This document shows positions 9,316 through 18,223 of a stretch of 64,000 bases of DNA, piece after piece (position 1 is the first letter of the stretch; the number at the start of each line of letters is the position of its first letter). The stretch spans positions 32,001-96,000 of the forward strand of contig CAZVZU010000003.1 in the NCBI GenBank assembly GCA_964631685.1, read 5' to 3'. A model generated the notes under the pieces. It worked only from the letters and a program-made list of their open reading frames with translations. It was not told the DNA's origin and did no database searches. Position numbers and translations under genes: made by a program. This DNA comes from an uncultured Actinomycetes bacterium. Its GTDB lineage: Bacteria; SZUA-79; Acidulodesulfobacterales; Acidulodesulfobacteraceae.

Positions 9316-9673
9316 TTACAGCTTCCTCCTTAACAGTTTCAAGGTTTTTTGTGAAAACAACGGTCTGAAATCTTATGCAGTCATCCATGATATTTAAATT
9401 TCTTTCAAGTTCTTTAACGAAGGAACCATCGGCTGAAAAATGTATCACTACATATCTTCCCCTATTGAATTTACTAATATCGTACGAAAGTTTTTTATTT
9501 CCCCAGTCGTTAATATCCAAAAACTCCGCATCATTCTTGGATATTATATCCTTAACCTTATCCAAAAACTGGTCGAATTTCAATTCTTCTATATCAGGAC
9601 TTAAAATAACCACGGTTTCATATCTTCTTGGAAACCGATGTTGTATTTTCTTTAAAAAATTGCTCTCCTTCAA
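9308..9673 (-). CDS. rpsF: 30S ribosomal protein S6
   Basis: RRYETVVILSP, DWGNKKLSYDI.K, ELER; TTG start with AAGGAGG RBS. Confidence 0.95.
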   Translation of the reverse strand: MKESNFLKKIQHRFPRRYETVVILSPDIEELKFDQFLDKVKDIISKNDAEFLDINDWGNKKLSYDISKFNRGRYVVIHFSADGSFVKELERNLNIMDDCIRFQTVVFTKNLETVKEEAVNE

Positions 9674-9715
9674 TTATACAATCCTCCTTAAATTAAACAA
9701 ATATTTAAAAGACCT

Positions 9716-9744
9716 ATTATAATAGCTGAAAAATAATTTTGCAA
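9716..9744 (-). promoter_or_regulatory. Sigma70-type promoter of the rpsF operon
   Basis: Minus strand TTGCAA-N17-TATAAT. Confidence 0.7.
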
Positions 9745-9765
9745 TAATTAATTTCACAATCTATC

Positions 9766-9800
9766 ATAGGACTATGTTAATTATATGGTTTAAGTCCTAT
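9766..9800. repeat. 8-bp inverted repeat downstream of the radical SAM gene (possible terminator or operator)
   Basis: ATAGGACT (9766-9773) / AGTCCTAT (9793-9800); no clear U-tract. Confidence 0.45.
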
Positions 9801-9820
9801 ATAACGTAATTAAACTTATT

Positions 9821-11242
9821 TTACTTATTTGCTAGCAGACACCTCTCGTATGTTGACGGAGTCGATATTAACTTCATAGACTTTTTAAGTTTCAATATAT
9901 GGTTTAAAGACATTTTACCCGTCATTAGGTATTTTACGACGAATAAAATATCGTTAGCCCTTAGATTCAGGGTTTTATAAGAAGCCTTGTAGAGATTAGA
10001 AAATTCTTTAAAGAACTCTGTTTTAGAAAGGTAAGTATCGAGAACAGGATGAAAAAGGTCGAAATAATTATAATCGAACGTAGTCATTTTTTCCTTAAGG
10101 TCATTAAACAGTTTTGTTCCCGGAAGGGGTGTTAGAACAGAGAATGCAGGTACGCTTATCTTCAGTCTTTTCACAAAATCTATCAGTTTCTTAAAATCCA
10201 ACTTGGTAAATTCGGGAGAGACCATAAAAGAAGCGGTAACGGCGACGCCGTGTTTCTTGGCAATATAGTAGGCCTCCTCATTATTGGAAGACGAGTTACT
10301 TTTATTAATACTACTAAGTTTTTCATCGTCAACGCTTTCAAAGCCTATGAATATATTGGAAAGCCCCAATTTTTTCCACTGAGAAATGAGTTCCGGATGC
10401 TTCACAATCGTATCGCTTCGTGCCTGAATAGTGTATAGCTTATGAATCCTTTCTTTTCTTATAAGTTCACCCAGTTTTTTTACTCTTCTAACATCACTGA
10501 AAAAATTATCGTCAGTGACAAAAATGTAATCATCCTTGATCTCCTTGAGCTCAGCGATGACCCGCTCTGGAGATTTAGACCTATAGGAACCCCTATAAAA
10601 ATTCCAAACACTACAGAAATCACATTTAAACGGACAACCCCTTGCGGTTTCAAGACATGCCAAAGATGTCCTTATGCCTAGATAATATTTTTTTCTGTAT
10701 TCGTCTGTGAGATTTCTTGCGAAAAAGGGAAGCTCATCTATTTTTTTGATCAAATCACGAGCCGGTGTTTTTATCTGATTACCGCCTTCATTATAGATAA
10801 TACCTTTAATTGAGGACAAAGGAGTATTAGAAGAGAAAGCCCTTATAAGTTCCACAACTGTTTGTTCGCCTTCTCCTATAACTACTGCATCTATCTCTTT
10901 TGCACTAAAATCCACAGGGTAAACAGAAACATGATGTCCTCCGACAAAAACAAATCTTGCCCCGTAATTATTTTTCACCCTTTTTGCGAGTTCTATTGTT
11001 CTGTACACATCAGGGGTAAACGAACAAGAAAACCCAAATGCATCCGGCTTAAAATCATTTATTGCATCTTCCAGATACTTATCGGCGTCGTAATGAACGG
11101 CCCTTAAATCTGCTATTCTAACATTATGGCCGTCTCTCAACAAGCTCCCGGCTATAGCCTCAAGACCTGTTGGTTCGGTAAGAAAAACCGTGCTGAGGCC
11201 CATAATGTTTTTGTTATTCGGTTGAATGAGAAGTATATTCAT
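9821..11242 (-). CDS. Cobalamin-binding radical SAM protein (class B methylase type, HpnR-like)
   Basis: N-terminal B12-binding domain (EPTGLE..., FVGGHH, VVIGEGE); ETARGCPFKCDFC, TDDNFF, IGFES, LTPLPGT. Confidence 0.88.
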   Translation of the reverse strand: MNILLIQPNNKNIMGLSTVFLTEPTGLEAIAGSLLRDGHNVRIADLRAVHYDADKYLEDAINDFKPDAFGFSCSFTPDVYRTIELAKRVKNNYGARFVFVGGHHVSVYPVDFSAKEIDAVVIGEGEQTVVELIRAFSSNTPLSSIKGIIYNEGGNQIKTPARDLIKKIDELPFFARNLTDEYRKKYYLGIRTSLACLETARGCPFKCDFCSVWNFYRGSYRSKSPERVIAELKEIKDDYIFVTDDNFFSDVRRVKKLGELIRKERIHKLYTIQARSDTIVKHPELISQWKKLGLSNIFIGFESVDDEKLSSINKSNSSSNNEEAYYIAKKHGVAVTASFMVSPEFTKLDFKKLIDFVKRLKISVPAFSVLTPLPGTKLFNDLKEKMTTFDYNYFDLFHPVLDTYLSKTEFFKEFSNLYKASYKTLNLRANDILFVVKYLMTGKMSLNHILKLKKSMKLISTPSTYERCLLANK

Positions 11243-11343
11243 TTCTCCAGTGTTTAATATATAATTTATATAAGTTGCACCGTATTGTCATCGCGGATTG
11301 CGAACGAATACTTGTGTTAAAAGTATATCACAAACATTAAAAA

Positions 11344-11916
11344 TTACAAATCTTTTTCACTGCCTGAGAGAAGTTTACTTGATTCTCCAGGTTTTGCATC
11401 CCCTTTATTGTTTTCCGGCGTATTGCTTGCTATATCTTTTTTCTTTGCTGAAAAAGAAATCTCGAATTTTTTGTTGATTTCTCGTTCTATAAGGTCCATA
11501 TTTATGGAAAGCATATTTTTTAAAGAATTTGTTATCATGAGCCTTTTGTTTAATAAATCATCAGTATTATGTACTATGTCAATATATTTCGCATTGGCAC
11601 TATCAACTATTTTTTCGGCCTCTGCAAGTGCAATTCTTTTAATATTTTCGGCCTCTGCAATCGCTACCTTTCTTATATCGTTTGAAATAGACTGAACCAT
11701 AAGAATCGCCTCGCTTATAGATTTATCCTTCTCCTTGTAATCTGCGATTTCCCGATTCTTTTTTACAATCTCTTCTTTTAAGTTATAATATTCCCCGTAT
11801 AGTTTTTCTAAGTCTTTGGATACTATATCCAGAAAATTTTCGACCTCGGTCGTGTCGTATCCTCTAAGTTTTTTTGAGAATTTTTGAGATCTAATTTCTA
11901 GTGGAGAAAGTTCCAT
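11344..11916 (-). CDS. DivIVA-domain protein
   Basis: MELSPLEIRSQKFSKKLRGYDTTEVENFL followed by coiled coil. Confidence 0.9.
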   Translation of the reverse strand: MELSPLEIRSQKFSKKLRGYDTTEVENFLDIVSKDLEKLYGEYYNLKEEIVKKNREIADYKEKDKSISEAILMVQSISNDIRKVAIAEAENIKRIALAEAEKIVDSANAKYIDIVHNTDDLLNKRLMITNSLKNMLSINMDLIEREINKKFEISFSAKKKDIASNTPENNKGDAKPGESSKLLSGSEKDL

Positions 11917-12000
11917 ATCGGATGCTCCTTTCTTTAAAAGAATTAACCAAATTGGCTGTGTTGTTAATTGTATTATGTTGCATAATGCGATATAATCAAC

Positions 12001-12315
12001 CTAGGGAATTGGCAAAATCAACGGTAAGATATAATTAAACTCGACATAGCTTAGGATATATTGAATGAAGTATATTACCAGTATGACGATAATCGGAGAT
12101 ATATCGAAGGCCATGACGTTTCCTATCGGTAGCATTACTCTTACTTTTTCTAAAACAGGTTCCGTGATATCGTCTATAAATCGAACTATTGGGTTATACG
12201 GATCGGGGTTTACCCATGAAAGCAGAGCCCTTATTATAATTATCCACATGTAAGCCTCGAGAATAATATTTAAGGCGCCGAAAACAAATTGAATGAAGTT
12301 TCCCAAAAGTTCCAT
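12001..12315 (-). CDS. yggT: YggT-family membrane protein
   Basis: ALLSWVNPDPYNPIVRF...ITEPVL, DISPII. Confidence 0.92.
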   Translation of the reverse strand: MELLGNFIQFVFGALNIILEAYMWIIIIRALLSWVNPDPYNPIVRFIDDITEPVLEKVRVMLPIGNVMAFDISPIIVILVIYFIQYILSYVEFNYILPLILPIP

Positions 12316-12421
12316 AGAATATCTTTAATACGTTAAATTATTTTGTAATTTCTATAGCATTACATTTTTGCTACGCGTTACATTATATATTACAATAATA
12401 AAATATACAAATTAAAATATC

Positions 12422-14224
12422 ATGACAAATATCGATATTGCAGATGTTCTCGGACATATTGCCGAGATTCTTGAAATAAATGGAGAAAACCCCTTTAAGA
12501 TACGGGCATACTCAAATGCATCTAGGACTATTAGCCTGTTAAGCGAAAGTGTTTCAGCTATGTCGAAAAAAAACGATTCTATTAATATCCCAGGAATAGG
12601 GAAAGATCTTTCTTTAAAAATAAAAGAGCTTATAAATACGGGACATCTTGCTTATTATGATGAGCTTGTCAAGTCTATCCCCTCGGGGGTACTAGAGTTA
12701 ATTAAATTACGGGGATTAGGGCCAAAAAAGGCAAATATTTTGTATAAAGCGTTCAATATACATGATATTAACGATCTATACGATGTCATTTCGTCAAATA
12801 AGCTACAGGGCATGCGCGGTTTTGGCAAGAAAACTATTGATAACTTAAAACAGTCTATTGCTGAATATAGGGTATTTAAACAAAGGTCATTGTACGCTCT
12901 TGCGCAGAGCGCGGCTGTGACGTTTGTGGATTATTTGAAGAATATTCCAAATGTACCAGTGAACAAAATTATGATAGTGGGCTCCTTAAGGAGAAAAATG
13001 GAGACCGTGGGGAATATAGATATTATTGTTGCTGTTGAAAAAAAACATAATCAGGTATTTATGGAGTCAATCCTTAATTATGATGATATTGTAAGGATTG
13101 ACTCTACCAGTGAAACTAAGATTTCAGTTGTTTTAAGAAGTGGTATCCGTGCTGTTCTGCGTATAGTCAAGGATAAAAATTTCGTATATGCGCTCCATTA
13201 CTTTACTGGTTCTCAACTTCACAATGAAAAGTTGAGAGAGTTAAAAAAACAACATGGTTACGTGATAAATGAATACGGGATCTTTAAAGATGCGAGCGAA
13301 AATGGTGCGAATATCCATCCCACCGATAAGATTAAGGTGACAAACGAGGTTGAATTTTATAATGCACTTGGAATGCAGTTCATACCCCCTGAATTAAGGG
13401 AAGGTATGGGCGAGATCGCTGACGCCGTTAATCATGACATACCTGAACTTATAGACAACAAAGATTTGCGGGGTATTTTTCATATTCATACCGCATATAC
13501 CGATGGAAGGGACAGTTTAAACGAGATGGTGAAAACATCTTTTGAAAGCGGATACGAGTATGTCGGAATTTCGGACCATTCGGTTTCCGCATATTATGCA
13601 AACGGGCTCGGCGTTACGGATTTAATATCCCAGATTAAATACATAAACAGCCTGAACGATGAATATAAAGGTAGAATTAAAATATTCAAGGGGATAGAAT
13701 CTGATATATTAACGGATGGAGGGTTAGATTACGATAATGAGATGCTTTCGATGTTAGATTTTGTAATAGCATCTGTACATTCTAAATTTAACATGTCCGA
13801 ATCGCAAATGACGGAAAGAATTATAAGCGCAATTAAAAATCCGTATACTACAATGATAGGGCATCTAACGGGAAGATTACTTTTAGAAAGAAAAGGGTAT
13901 GAGATAAATGTTTCTAGAATATTGGATTATGCCTCAAAATATAAAACTATCATTGAGTTAAACTCCAATCCAAAGCGGCTTGATATTGACTGGAGGTATA
14001 TTAAAGAGGCTATTTCTAAGTCGGTATTAATTTCGATAAATCCGGATTCCCATAATTCTCAGAGTACCTATTTTGTGAATTATGGGGTAAATGTTGCTAG
14101 GAAGGGCGGGGCGACTAAGGCAAATATCTTAAATACAAGAAGCGCAAGCGATGTTTTTAGGATATTTAAGGATATAAGAGATTATAAATTAGGGTTGATA
14201 GGGAATACGGATGATCCGAAATGA
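12422..14224 (+). CDS. polX: PolX-PHP protein with altered polymerase active site
   Basis: GENPFKIRAY, HhH motifs (IPGIGK, GLGPKK, GFGKK), GSLRR, YFTGS, IPPELRE; PHP motifs HIHT..TDG, SDHS, DSH. Confidence 0.93.
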   Translation: MTNIDIADVLGHIAEILEINGENPFKIRAYSNASRTISLLSESVSAMSKKNDSINIPGIGKDLSLKIKELINTGHLAYYDELVKSIPSGVLELIKLRGLGPKKANILYKAFNIHDINDLYDVISSNKLQGMRGFGKKTIDNLKQSIAEYRVFKQRSLYALAQSAAVTFVDYLKNIPNVPVNKIMIVGSLRRKMETVGNIDIIVAVEKKHNQVFMESILNYDDIVRIDSTSETKISVVLRSGIRAVLRIVKDKNFVYALHYFTGSQLHNEKLRELKKQHGYVINEYGIFKDASENGANIHPTDKIKVTNEVEFYNALGMQFIPPELREGMGEIADAVNHDIPELIDNKDLRGIFHIHTAYTDGRDSLNEMVKTSFESGYEYVGISDHSVSAYYANGLGVTDLISQIKYINSLNDEYKGRIKIFKGIESDILTDGGLDYDNEMLSMLDFVIASVHSKFNMSESQMTERIISAIKNPYTTMIGHLTGRLLLERKGYEINVSRILDYASKYKTIIELNSNPKRLDIDWRYIKEAISKSVLISINPDSHNSQSTYFVNYGVNVARKGGATKANILNTRSASDVFRIFKDIRDYKLGLIGNTDDPK

Positions 14225-15060
14225 GTAATTTAGAGAATAGTAATATAGCAAAGGTGCTATCGGTTGCCGGCTTTGATGGTTCAGGGGGCGCTGGTATTAC
14301 ATCTGACGCTAAGATATTTTCAAAATTTGGAATATTAGGTCTTTCCGCAATAACGGTTATGACTGCGCAAAATGCCGATAGTGTTCGCGGAATTATGCCT
14401 GTGTCGCCTGATTTTTTTAATTCGGAACTTAAAGCAATTTTCGATTATTTTAGTGTAGATGCCGTTAAAACGGGTCTTATATCAGGGGAAGAGCAGAGCC
14501 TGATATTAAGTGAATACATTAAAAGGTACAAAGTTAAAATCTTTGTGGTAGATCCTGTGTATATATCAACTTCAAACAGAAGACTTGTGATGGATAGTAG
14601 CAGCTATCCCGATTTTCTAATGCCTCTATTTAGGCTTGCAAGTGTAATTACCCCGAATATTAATGAGGCAGAATTGATTGCAGGGGGAAAGATAGGATGT
14701 GTAAATGAAATGAAAATAGCGGCTAAAAAGATCAAGGAGAAAATAGCTTCCGTTAAAAATATCATAATAAAAGGATCCCATCTTAGCGCCGGTTCAAATA
14801 AAGATAAAATATACACTGTTTTGCTAAATTCGGAAGATATTTTTTTTGTTAACGAAAGCAAAAAAATTAATATAGGTAAAGAGATTCACGGCACGGGTTG
14901 CTCTTTTTCTGCGGGTTTAACTTCTTATCTGTCAATGGGTTTGAATATTGAGGATGCGCTTGTTAAAACCGAGATATTGGTCTCCAAATTTATAACGGAT
15001 TACAATAAGATATCCGATAACAATAAAGATAAGCATATTTACACAACGGGAAATGTGTAA
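14221..15060 (+). CDS. thiD: Hydroxymethylpyrimidine/phosphomethylpyrimidine kinase
   Basis: VAGFDGSGGAGITSD, TAQN, VVDPV, ITPNINEA, IIKGSH, HGTGCSFS. Confidence 0.93.
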   Translation: MSNLENSNIAKVLSVAGFDGSGGAGITSDAKIFSKFGILGLSAITVMTAQNADSVRGIMPVSPDFFNSELKAIFDYFSVDAVKTGLISGEEQSLILSEYIKRYKVKIFVVDPVYISTSNRRLVMDSSSYPDFLMPLFRLASVITPNINEAELIAGGKIGCVNEMKIAAKKIKEKIASVKNIIIKGSHLSAGSNKDKIYTVLLNSEDIFFVNESKKINIGKEIHGTGCSFSAGLTSYLSMGLNIEDALVKTEILVSKFITDYNKISDNNKDKHIYTTGNV

Positions 15061-15081
15061 ATTACGCAAGACAGCTAAATA

Positions 15082-15762
15082 TCAGTTTACGGCTCTTTTG
15101 AGTATCTTGTTTAATTGGGAGTACGGACGATACCCAACTATTTTTTTGTAGAGCATAAGCCCTTTATATACGAAAATAGTTGGAGTTCCGGTTATGCCCA
15201 ATCTTTTCCCCTCATTCATGTTGTTTCTTATGAGTTTTTTAACTAATCCACTTTTGACACATGCCTGCACTCTTTTGAGATCAATTCTTTTATCGACATG
15301 AGTCTTAAGAAAATAATACAAATCCCCGATAGCGCTCCAATCTTTTTGATAGCGATACAAGAGGCTTCTTATATGCAGATATTTTCCCTGATACGCTGAG
15401 CAATCGGCATATTCCGCCGATTTAAAGGCATAAGGATGCATCATCGTGAGTGGAAAGTCGCGGTATTCCATAAAGATCTTCCCCGTCTTAACATAATCCT
15501 TGATTATGCGCGAAGCATCTTTTTCTTCGAATTTTCTGCACCATGGGCACTGGAAATCTGAATATTCAATGATTGTTACATTCGCGTTCGGATTACCTTC
15601 TTGTCTATATTTATTGACCACCCTTGCAAAATTATTATACGACAAAGCATACGCTTTAGAACCGATGCCGATAAAAAAAGCCAATCCGACACACAAAACC
15701 CCAACTGCGAGAATTGCAAATGCGACCCGCTTGTATAATTTAGATGTTGACAATCTAATCAT
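15082..15762 (-). CDS. Exported DsbA/thioredoxin-fold oxidoreductase
   Basis: N-terminal signal/TM; GNPNANVTIIEYSDFQCPWC, RDFPL..HP, GITGTPT. Confidence 0.9.
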   Translation of the reverse strand: MIRLSTSKLYKRVAFAILAVGVLCVGLAFFIGIGSKAYALSYNNFARVVNKYRQEGNPNANVTIIEYSDFQCPWCRKFEEKDASRIIKDYVKTGKIFMEYRDFPLTMMHPYAFKSAEYADCSAYQGKYLHIRSLLYRYQKDWSAIGDLYYFLKTHVDKRIDLKRVQACVKSGLVKKLIRNNMNEGKRLGITGTPTIFVYKGLMLYKKIVGYRPYSQLNKILKRAVN

Positions 15763-15808
15763 AATATTATCATGCTAATTATATTTAAACGCAAAGTCAA
15801 GAAAAAAT

Positions 15809-15997
15809 TTAATCTGTGAAATGGTTAAAATGGGTTTTGTCTGCGCCGCAAATTGGGCAAACCCAGCTATCGGGGATATCTTCAAATGATGTGCCTGGTT
15901 CAATCCCTCCGACGGAGTCTCCGACCTTTGGGTCATAAACATATCCGCAAATATCACACTGATACTTATATAAAGCAAGTTCTTCGACCTGAGCCAT
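15809..15997 (-). CDS. Rubredoxin
   Basis: [14 protein letters not shown]....[30 protein letters not shown]. Confidence 0.95.
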   Translation of the reverse strand: MAQVEELALYKYQCDICGYVYDPKVGDSVGGIEPGTSFEDIPDSWVCPICGADKTHFNHFTD

Positions 15998-16059
15998 TAA
16001 TTTTACCTCCCCTTAAATTAAAAATACTGTTTGAATTAGATAAGTATGACATGAGTTAG

Positions 16060-16107
16060 ATTATACCAAATTTTTCCTATGTTTTTAAAGCGTTAAATTG
16101 TTATAAT
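16060..16107. promoter_or_regulatory. Back-to-back extended -10 elements for rubredoxin (-) and argS (+)
   Basis: Minus strand TGGTATAAT at 16060-16068; plus strand TGTTATAAT at 16099-16107. Confidence 0.5.
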
Positions 16108-16158
16108 TGACGGGAAAGGTTGAAGAATATAAATTAAAATCGAAAAAAGGCAAGCGTA

Positions 16159-18186
16159 ATGGATGTTTTTAAAGATGCACTGTTGTTGTTTATTATACCG
16201 TTTATTAAAAAAAATGGGTCGGATGTAGATCCGGATGATATAGTAAGGCTTATAAAATTGCCCCCGGATTCTTCTTACGGAGATTATTCTGTGACCTCTT
16301 ATTATCTTGCTAAATATGGTTTTAAGGGCAGTCCTGAGCATATTGCATTGGAATTTCTAAATTACGCGCAAATTAATTTTGCGCGGTTAAGGGATTTTTT
16401 TGACAAAGTAGATGTAAAGGGTCCTTATGTAAACTTTTTTGTTCACAAGGAAAAATTTATTTCTTTTACAGTAAAAAATGTTTTGGAGGATAATGATAAT
16501 TACGGAAAAGGATATCTCGATAAATCCAAAAGAGTTGTGATAGATTTTTCGTCTCCCAACATAGCCAAGCCCTTCGGAGTAGGGCACCTACGATCAACTG
16601 TGATAGGGATGAGTCTCTCCAATATTTATGAATTTTGCGGATATGATGTTTTAAGGGTAAACTACCTTGGTGATTTTGGTACACAATTTGGCAAACTTAT
16701 TACTGCATTTTGTCGATTTAGTGATATAGATTTTTGTGAATTCGAAAAAGATCCCATCAAGGTTTTATATAAACTTTATGTGAGAATTCATACAGAGGCT
16801 CAAAAAGATAGCAGTATAGAAGAGGATGCCAGATCAAGATTTAAAAGTTTGGAAGAACATATTTTGAAGTCTAAAAGGGCGATAGGGCAGTATTTGAAAG
16901 AATTACAAGACGGTAGTAATTTTCAACAGGGCAAGAACGAACAATCTGATATAAAAATAACCGCCGACAATAAGGATAATTTTTGTGGGAGTAATGCAGG
17001 GCAATACGATATATGGAGGCTTTTTAGGGTTTTAAGCATCAAGGAATTTAAGAGAATTTACAGTTTGATGGGGATAAAATTTGATGTTTACGAAGGGGAA
17101 TCGCAAAGTGCCGAATTTGCAAATGAGGTGGTACAAATACTTCGTAGAGCAGGGTTGGCTACTGAGAGCGAAGGGGCCGTGATTGTGCCCATAAAGAATA
17201 TGAAAACCCCCGCATTAATTGCAAAAACTGATGGAGCATCTCTTTATCTCTCGAGGGATATCGTTACTGCGTTATTAAGAATGGCAAAGTACGATTATGA
17301 CAAAATACTCTACATAGTTGGTTCGGAACAATCTTTGCATTTTAATCAGCTTCGTAGTATTTTTGATGTATTAAAGGAAAAAAAAGATATGCTAAATAAT
17401 AATCCTGTCTTTCAGCAATATGCCTCTTCCGTCAGCGGCAAGCTTGTCCACGTGAAATTCGGCAGGATAATCGGTATGTCAACAAGGAAGGGTAATTTGG
17501 TATTTCTGGAAGATTATATTGACGAGGCAAGGCTTAAGGCATTGGAAAAGTTAAAGGAAAGGGACAATCCGAACGGTAGAGCCGCATCCAATCTCGCATG
17601 CGGTGGAGAAGAGAATATTTTTACGCCCGATGAAAATGAGTCTACCGCTCTTAAAGTAGGTATAGGCGCCGTTATATTTAATGACTTAAAGACAAGACGT
17701 AATGTTGATGTTAAATTTAGCTGGGACAATGTTTTGTCATTTGAAGGGCAGACGGGACCGTATCTTCAATATACGGTGTCGAGAATAAATAGCCTTATAT
17801 CCAAACTGATAAAAGAAAAGGTCAAGGGTGTAGATAGCGAGGCATTAAGTATTTTTTCCGATATCAATAATGTTAATGGCCATTTTAATAAAGGATTTTT
17901 AATATCCGAAGATGACGACGATTTTAACGAACTATTCCTAATCGCCAAGCAGATTGCAATCTTTAAGGATAATGTTGAACAGGCGTTAAACTTAAATGAA
18001 CCATCTATTATAAGCTCGTATGTTCTGGAATTGGCTGCCATTTTTAATAAGTATTATCAAAATTATAGGTTAATGGGCAGGGAAGTCGAGTATATCAAGT
18101 CGCGGCTTTATCTGTTAACGGCAGTCAAAATTGTTTTGACTGCCGCATTGAGGCTTCTCTGCATTCCTATTCTTGAAAGAATGTAG
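16159..18186 (+). CDS. argS: Arginine--tRNA ligase (675 aa, with insertions)
   Basis: DFSSPNIAKPFGVGHLRST, NYLGDFGTQFG, GMSTRKG, FEGQTGPYLQY, C-terminal LERM. Confidence 0.95.
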   Translation: MDVFKDALLLFIIPFIKKNGSDVDPDDIVRLIKLPPDSSYGDYSVTSYYLAKYGFKGSPEHIALEFLNYAQINFARLRDFFDKVDVKGPYVNFFVHKEKFISFTVKNVLEDNDNYGKGYLDKSKRVVIDFSSPNIAKPFGVGHLRSTVIGMSLSNIYEFCGYDVLRVNYLGDFGTQFGKLITAFCRFSDIDFCEFEKDPIKVLYKLYVRIHTEAQKDSSIEEDARSRFKSLEEHILKSKRAIGQYLKELQDGSNFQQGKNEQSDIKITADNKDNFCGSNAGQYDIWRLFRVLSIKEFKRIYSLMGIKFDVYEGESQSAEFANEVVQILRRAGLATESEGAVIVPIKNMKTPALIAKTDGASLYLSRDIVTALLRMAKYDYDKILYIVGSEQSLHFNQLRSIFDVLKEKKDMLNNNPVFQQYASSVSGKLVHVKFGRIIGMSTRKGNLVFLEDYIDEARLKALEKLKERDNPNGRAASNLACGGEENIFTPDENESTALKVGIGAVIFNDLKTRRNVDVKFSWDNVLSFEGQTGPYLQYTVSRINSLISKLIKEKVKGVDSEALSIFSDINNVNGHFNKGFLISEDDDDFNELFLIAKQIAIFKDNVEQALNLNEPSIISSYVLELAAIFNKYYQNYRLMGREVEYIKSRLYLLTAVKIVLTAALRLLCIPILERM

Positions 18187-18223
18187 TTTATAGCGTATAT
18201 TTATTGCGCATTATGGCGGAACA

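Noticed and set aside
9040..9673. No ssb/priB between rpsF and rpsR
   Set aside because: rpsF-rpsR-DUF2232-rplI-dnaB is an ordinary arrangement in deltaproteobacteria-like genomes.
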